Assembly (NCBI GenBank): GCA_038207085.1
Contig: JBBRAE010000004.1
Location: forward strand, 96,001 to 160,000
Direction of reading: 5' to 3'
Source of the DNA: Armatimonadota bacterium
GTDB taxonomy: Bacteria; Armatimonadota; UBA5829; DTLH01
DNA: 64,000 bases
Shown here piece after piece: positions 59,306 to 64,000 of this stretch. The notes beneath the pieces were generated by a model, which had not been told where the DNA came from, ran no database searches, and saw only the letters and a program-made list of their open reading frames with translations. The position numbers and the translations under genes are program-made. Position 1 is the stretch's first letter. Every line of letters starts with the position of its first letter.

Positions 59306-60973
59306 ATGCTGACACACATACAAATCAAAAATTTTGCACTGATAGACGACCTCAGCGTGGAGCTTGACGGCGGGTTCAACGTGCTTACCGGCGAGACGGG
59401 CGCGGGCAAGTCGATTATTATCGACGCGATCACGACCGTGCTCGGCGGTCGCGCGTCGTCTGAGTTTATACGCACGGGCGCTGATCGTGCGTCGGTCGAA
59501 GCGGTTTTTGACATATCAGGCGATGAGCGCGCGTGCGCCCGGGCGGAGGAACTCGGTTTTGAGTGCGAGGACGGCGCGCTTCTGCTCTCGCGCGAGATCA
59601 CGACTGCGGGCAAGAGCCAGTGCCGGGTGAACGGCCGGATTTCGACGCTTTCGATGATGAAAGATCTCACAAGCGGCCTGCTCGATATCCACGGCCAGCA
59701 CGAGCACCAGTCGCTCCTTGGCGCTGAGACGCACATCGATATTTTGGACCGCTGGCTCGGCGCCGACGCAACGACTCTTCGCGCCCACTGTGAGGAGCTC
59801 TACGGCGAGCTTAGGACGGTTCGCGGTGAGCTTGAGCGCCTGAAGCGCGACCAACGCGAGCGCGCCCGAATGCTCGACCTCTACGAGTTCCAGCGAACCG
59901 AGATCGACGCGGCGCAGCTTGTCGCAGGCGAGGACGAGGAGCTCGCAGCCGAGCGCAGCCGTCTCGCAAATGCCGAAAAACTCTACGAACTCGCAGGCGA
60001 GGTCTACGACGGCCTGAACGGTTCAACCGAGCTTACTGGCGCGGTCGATCTGATCTCTGCTGCAGTCACGAGCTTGCGCTCTATGGCCGCGATCGACGAG
60101 TCGCTTGCCCAGACGCTTGCCGACCTCGAAACGGCGCTCTACTCAGCCGAGCAGGCGCAGGACGGCGTGCGGGAGTATCGCGATGACATCGAGTTCAACC
60201 CGACGCGCCTTGAGGCCGTCGAAGAGCGTATCGACCTGATCCGCACGCTTCGGCGCAAGTACGGCGACTCGATAGAAGAAATCGTCGCCTACGGAAGCGA
60301 GCTTGCAAAGAAGATCAACGACCTGACGCACAGCGAGGAGCGCACCGCCGAGCTCGGCCAGAAGATCGAGCGGGTGGAGGACGAGCTTATGGGCGTCGCC
60401 CGCAGACTGCGGGATGTGCGAAAGAGCGGCGCGGCGAAGTTCTCGTCACACGTCGAGAGCCAGCTTGCCGAGCTTGCGATGGGGAGCACCAAGTTTGAAG
60501 TTGCGTTCGAGGACGCCCAGCCAAGCGCCAAGGGAATAGATATAGTCGAGTTCGTCATCTCGCCGAACCCTGGTGAGCCCTTGAAGCCGCTTGCAAAAAT
60601 CGCATCCGGCGGCGAGCTCTCGCGCCTGATGCTCGCGCTAAAGACCGTTATGGCCGGAAGCGACCGCGTCCCGACGCTTATTTTCGACGAGATCGACACC
60701 GGAATAGGCGGACGCACGGCTCAAGTATTGGGCGAAAAGCTCGCGGCGGTAGGTAGAAGCGCCCAAGTGCTCTGTGTCACGCACCTGGCACAGATCGCCA
60801 GCCGCGCCGACGTTCAGTTCTCGGTCCAAAAACTGGTCGAGGGCAGCCGCACCGTCGTCCGCCTCGACCGAGTAGAAGGCGAATCCAGAGTAGAAGAACT
60901 AGCCCGAATGCTAGGCGGCGCGGAAGACAGCCGAGCCGCCCTGGAGCACGCCCGAGAAATGCTCGGCCCATAA
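59306..60973 (+). CDS. recN: DNA repair protein RecN
   Basis: LTGETGAGKS; IHGQH; ASGGELSR; IFDEID; VTHL.QIA. Confidence 0.98.
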   Translation: MLTHIQIKNFALIDDLSVELDGGFNVLTGETGAGKSIIIDAITTVLGGRASSEFIRTGADRASVEAVFDISGDERACARAEELGFECEDGALLLSREITTAGKSQCRVNGRISTLSMMKDLTSGLLDIHGQHEHQSLLGAETHIDILDRWLGADATTLRAHCEELYGELRTVRGELERLKRDQRERARMLDLYEFQRTEIDAAQLVAGEDEELAAERSRLANAEKLYELAGEVYDGLNGSTELTGAVDLISAAVTSLRSMAAIDESLAQTLADLETALYSAEQAQDGVREYRDDIEFNPTRLEAVEERIDLIRTLRRKYGDSIEEIVAYGSELAKKINDLTHSEERTAELGQKIERVEDELMGVARRLRDVRKSGAAKFSSHVESQLAELAMGSTKFEVAFEDAQPSAKGIDIVEFVISPNPGEPLKPLAKIASGGELSRLMLALKTVMAGSDRVPTLIFDEIDTGIGGRTAQVLGEKLAAVGRSAQVLCVTHLAQIASRADVQFSVQKLVEGSRTVVRLDRVEGESRVEELARMLGGAEDSRAALEHAREMLGP

Positions 60974-60992
60974 GTACATTTGCAATGCTCAC

Positions 60993-61189
60993 GTAGGGGC
61001 GGACCAATGTGTCCGCCCTTCTCGGGCGACGGAGGATTTCTGGGCACGTGCTCCGAAAGAGGGCAGACACATTGGTCTGCCCCTACTAATACGTGCAGAC
61101 ACATTGGTCTGCCCCTACTAATACGCGCAGATACATTGGTCTGTCCCTACTAATACATGCAGACACGTTGGTCTGCCATACGAATACAT
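60993..61189. repeat. GTAG-type REP pair followed by a 4 x ~32-bp tandem amplification
   Basis: GTAGGGGCGGACCAATGTGTCCGCCC (60993-61018); inverted copy 61061-61086; units at 61063, 61095, 61127 and 61159. Confidence 0.88.
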
Positions 61190-61196
61190 ATACATA

Positions 61197-62357
61197 ATGA
61201 TCAACAAAATAGCAGGCACAATCAGGTTGGACAAGCGCACAAAGAAACTTGCCCAGAGGCTAAAACCCGGAGAGATCGCGCTGATCGACCATGAGGATAT
61301 CGACTCGGTCTCGGCGCAGATGCTGATCGAGTGCCGTGTGGCTGCGGTCATAAACGCGAGCAAGTCCACCTCGGGGCGCTACCCCAACATCGGCCCGAAG
61401 ATGCTCCTTGACGCGGGGATTCCCGTGCTCGACAACGTCGGCAAGGGCTCGTTTTCGGTCGTTGAGGAGGGTGGGGAGGTCCAGATCACCGGCTGTGAGC
61501 TCAGAAGCAACGGGAGCGTGCTCTGCTCTGGCGAGGTGCTTACCCGCGAGGCGCTGAGGCTCGCCCACATCGAGGCCAAGCAGAACCTCGACGTAGAGCT
61601 TGAACGCTTCGCCGAAAACACCCTGACCTATGTAAAGAAAGAAAAATCACTTTTGCTCGATGCGACCGTGCTCCCGAGCGTCTCGACCCGCTTCGACGGC
61701 AAGCACGTTTTGATCGTAGTGCGCGGGGCTGACTACAAAGAGGATCTCGCGGGGCTGCGCGCCTACATCACGGAGATGAAACCCGTCCTGGTGGCGGTCG
61801 ACGGCGGTGCTGACGCGCTTCTTGAGCAGGGATATCAGCCCGCTATGATCGTTGGTGACATGGACAGCATAAGCGATCGCGCGCTAAAATGTGGTGCGGA
61901 GATCGTCGTCCACATCTACACCGACGACCGTGTTCCCCCCGGCGTCAGCCGTCTGATAGAGCTTGGAATCGACTACAAGACCGCCGCCGTCCCAGGCACA
62001 AGCGAGGACGTGGCGATGCTTCTTGCCTACGAGACCGGCGCGGAGCTGATCGTCGCGGTCGGCACGCATTCCAACCTTGTGGATTTTCTCGACAAGGGCC
62101 GAAAGGGCATGTCGAGCACGTTTCTTGTGCGCCTGAAGGTCGGCTCAAAACTGGTCGACGCCCGTGGGGCGGGTAAGCTCTACCGAGCGCAGCCCAAGCT
62201 CCGTTATGCGGGGGTGCTCGCGCTTGCGGCGGTTGCGGCGCTTCTCGCGATCCTCGCTATGTCGCCCGCGCTTCGGAACCGTATGCAGCTTTCTACAATC
62301 GAATGGAAGTCGCGATTTTGGGACCTTTGGGTCCAGCTAAGACTTTGGGAGAGGTAA
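61197..62357 (+). CDS. steA: SteA-like protein (thiamine pyrophosphokinase-like domain)
   Basis: G..RLD.RTK.L..RL.PG.IA.IDH.D.D; SGRYPN.GP; F.ENT; VDGGADAL; VGDMDS; FL.RLKVG.KLVDA; C-terminal TM. Confidence 0.85.
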   Translation: MINKIAGTIRLDKRTKKLAQRLKPGEIALIDHEDIDSVSAQMLIECRVAAVINASKSTSGRYPNIGPKMLLDAGIPVLDNVGKGSFSVVEEGGEVQITGCELRSNGSVLCSGEVLTREALRLAHIEAKQNLDVELERFAENTLTYVKKEKSLLLDATVLPSVSTRFDGKHVLIVVRGADYKEDLAGLRAYITEMKPVLVAVDGGADALLEQGYQPAMIVGDMDSISDRALKCGAEIVVHIYTDDRVPPGVSRLIELGIDYKTAAVPGTSEDVAMLLAYETGAELIVAVGTHSNLVDFLDKGRKGMSSTFLVRLKVGSKLVDARGAGKLYRAQPKLRYAGVLALAAVAALLAILAMSPALRNRMQLSTIEWKSRFWDLWVQLRLWER

Positions 62358-62361
62358 TAGG

Positions 62362-63252
62362 TTGATCGATCTTCGCTACCATGTCTACAGCCTGGCGGCT
62401 GTGTTCTTTGCGCTTGCCATCGGGATCGTCGTCGGCAGCTCGTTTGTCGGCAAGACGGGTGACAAGGAGCAGCTTCAGAGGGTCGAGTCTCGCTACGAGC
62501 GCGCGCTTGATGACCTGAAAGACGAGGTCTACCGCCAGCGCGACGACATCCGTGCGACCCGAGTGAGCCTTCGCCGAAGCGAGGACATCTGCGCGAGCAT
62601 GCTGCCCATCGCGCTTAAGGGTAGGCTCGTCTACCACAACGTAGCGATCGTCGTCACGGGAGATTACGACAAGTTTATCCCGCAGATCAAGGACGCGCTC
62701 CAGTCCGTCGGCGCGAACGTGACAAGCGTCACCCGGGTCTCCGAACTGGTCGATGAGAGCAAGTCCGACGAGCTTGAGACGGCGCTTTCTGATGCAGGAA
62801 TCGTCTCCAAATCCGGCGAAACCCCCACAGCCACCGTTACGCGAGTCCTCGGCGACGCAATCGTCACTGCGGGGCTGCCCGAGCGGCTGTACGAGCTTGA
62901 GGACAAGCGCATCGTGAACCTCTCCGGCGACTACAAGCGCTGGAACAAGCACGTCGTGATCGTCGGCGGGTCAAGCTCCAAGGACGCCAAGCGCGCGGAG
63001 ATCCTGGACACGCCTCTCATCAAACGGATGCTGAACCAGGGCGCGGTGGTCGTCGCCTGTGAGCCGTTTTCGGCCAAGGGTTCATATATCCATGAGTGGA
63101 AGCGCCTCGATATCGCGACCGTCGACAACGTCGACAGCCCGTCGGGCCTGGTCTCGCTGATATGCGCGCTTTCGGGCGAGGTCGCAAACTTTGGTGTGAA
63201 GTCGACCGCCGACCGCCAGGTCCCAGAGACCGTCGGAGGCGTGAGGCCGTGA
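62362..63252 (+). CDS. steB: SteB / MctB (DUF3186, 'copper transporter') family
   Basis: MIDLRYH..SL.AVF.ALAIGI.VG; coiled coil; TVDNVD...G; FG.K..A. Confidence 0.85.
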   Translation: MIDLRYHVYSLAAVFFALAIGIVVGSSFVGKTGDKEQLQRVESRYERALDDLKDEVYRQRDDIRATRVSLRRSEDICASMLPIALKGRLVYHNVAIVVTGDYDKFIPQIKDALQSVGANVTSVTRVSELVDESKSDELETALSDAGIVSKSGETPTATVTRVLGDAIVTAGLPERLYELEDKRIVNLSGDYKRWNKHVVIVGGSSSKDAKRAEILDTPLIKRMLNQGAVVVACEPFSAKGSYIHEWKRLDIATVDNVDSPSGLVSLICALSGEVANFGVKSTADRQVPETVGGVRP

Positions 63253-63956
63253 GAGTTGCCGCCCTGATCCCTGCCTACAACGAAGCCGACCGCATCGCCG
63301 GGACGATAGAGGCCGTGCGCGAGATCGCCGGGATAACGGAGATCGTCGTGATCGACGACGGCTCCAGTGACGCCACAAGCGACGAGGCCAAAAACGCAGG
63401 CGCGGACCGGGTCGTTCGTCTCGACTCAAACTCAGGCAAAGGCGCGGCGCTCGCCGCAGGGCTCAGCGCGACCGACACCGAAGTAATTATAATGCTGGAC
63501 GCCGACCTCGGCCGCTCAGCTGGCCCCGCGAGCGCGCTATTAGCTCCCGTCATTGAGGACAGGGCCGACATGACCGTCGCAGTGTTTCCCAAAGTCGCAG
63601 GCTCGGGAGGCCTCGGTTTCGCAGTTGGCCTCGCGGCGTGGGGGATAAAAAAGTTTACGGGGCAGAGCGTGCAGGCTCCGCTTTCGGGCCAGAGAGCGCT
63701 TCGCCGGGAGATAATAGACCGGATGCGCGGCTTTGACCCTGGGTTTGGGGTCGAAACAGGCCTTACGATAGACGCGCTTCGAATGGGTTATCGCATGCTT
63801 GAGGTCCCGGTCGAGCTTACTCACCGCCACACGGGAAAAAATCTACGGGGTTTTTTGCACCGCGGACACCAGTTCAAGGACATCGCCCGCGCACTTTTTG
63901 TGCGTGCAATCGGCCTGCGAAAGCCCCTGGCCAAGAAGGCGACCTCCAAGATATGA
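63249..63956 (+). CDS. Glycosyltransferase family 2
   Basis: IPAYNE; DDGS.D.T; N.GKG.A; LDAD; PLSGQRA; FGVE; GTGA overlap. Confidence 0.92.
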   Translation: MRVAALIPAYNEADRIAGTIEAVREIAGITEIVVIDDGSSDATSDEAKNAGADRVVRLDSNSGKGAALAAGLSATDTEVIIMLDADLGRSAGPASALLAPVIEDRADMTVAVFPKVAGSGGLGFAVGLAAWGIKKFTGQSVQAPLSGQRALRREIIDRMRGFDPGFGVETGLTIDALRMGYRMLEVPVELTHRHTGKNLRGFLHRGHQFKDIARALFVRAIGLRKPLAKKATSKI

Positions 63957-64000
63957 TACAATATATAGTAGGCGCTGTGGTAGGCGTTGCGATGTCGATC
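63953..64000 (+). CDS. Start of next membrane protein (truncated by window)
   Basis: ATGA overlap; MIQYIVGAVVGVAMSI is hydrophobic. Confidence 0.5.
   Translation, partial: MIQYIVGAVVGVAMSI

Noticed and set aside
61063..61189. CRISPR array
   Set aside because: The linkers are 8 bp and nearly identical (TAATACRY), there are no cas genes, and the unit derives from the adjacent REP.

Overview
GC-rich bacterial chromosome segment, probably Armatimonadota (inferred from the DUF1559/H-X9-DG pilin-like gene, the secreted-protein C-terminal domain and a Firmicutes/Actinobacteria-like housekeeping gene order). From left to right it holds: (1) the end of a pilin-like gene plus two secreted proteins, one PstS-like; (2) a URO-D-family gene between two decayed IS3 copies, and a beta-helix enzyme; (3) a STAS / GT4 / six-hairpin-like trio; (4) a six-gene minus-strand operon of uncharacterised, mostly membrane proteins (DUF6754-type) behind a perfect sigma70 promoter, the best candidate here for an undescribed system; (5) an orphan PAS histidine kinase and a LacI regulator; (6) a ~15.5 kb Wzx/Wzy polysaccharide locus with rmlA-C-B; (7) tandem U32-family paralogues with a gene-conversion-like tract; (8) housekeeping blocks mtaB-hit, rpsU-yqeY-pgpH-ybeY-dgkA-CNNM and ffh-rpsP-khpA-ylqD-rimM-trmD-rplS-lepB-rnhB-yraN; (9) TPR-nadK-recN-steA-steB-GT2. 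Intergenic DNA is unusually rich in REP/REPIN/MITE-like elements of several families (ends GATC, CTAG or GTAG) and in heptamer arrays. I saw no tRNA, rRNA or CRISPR array. All family names come from motif recognition by eye, not from database searches.
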